Of a DNA stretch of 64,000 bases, positions 63,986 through 64,000 are shown piece by piece. The position numbers and the translations under genes were made by a program. This DNA is from Octopus sinensis (lineage: Eukaryota): positions 26,350,001-26,414,000 of the forward strand of contig NC_043001.1 in NCBI RefSeq assembly GCF_006345805.1, in the 5' to 3' direction. Position 1 is the stretch's first letter; every line of letters begins with the position of its first letter. The notes under the pieces are model-generated. The model had not been told where the DNA came from, searched no databases, and saw only the letters and a list, made by a program, of their open reading frames with translations.

Positions 63986-64000
63986 AATAATAATAATAAT

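Overview
Strongly AT-rich eukaryotic non-coding DNA (intronic or intergenic), densely packed with transposable elements and (TA)n/(CA)n/(CAT)n/(AAT)n microsatellites. From memory, the repeat landscape resembles a coleoid cephalopod, probably Octopus (inference, not a database result). It includes several tRNA-headed SINE families, many 5'-truncated RTE-clade LINE 3' ends with (GAT)n tails, piggyBac-, hAT- and mariner-type non-autonomous elements, and Tx1/L1-like and Hero-like LINE remnants. No host gene could be established, and almost all listed ORFs are microsatellite or SINE/LINE artefacts. The one convincing coding region is a young RTE LINE reverse transcriptase frame (59895-61190, minus, 431 codons plus stop). 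It carries a complete C4HC3 PHD-type zinc finger inserted between RT motifs 6 and 7. Other notable observations: (i) Penelope-type minimal hammerhead ribozyme cores, several within foldback or palindromic DNA (43265-43383, 46216-46253, 2160-2527, related half-motif at 16029-16141); (ii) a mariner derivative built from two inverted left ends; (iii) a compensatory change supporting a 3' recognition stem-loop shared by RTE and a SINE subfamily; (iv) a pre-miRNA-sized hairpin at about 38.9 kb. Family names are pattern-based calls made without searches.
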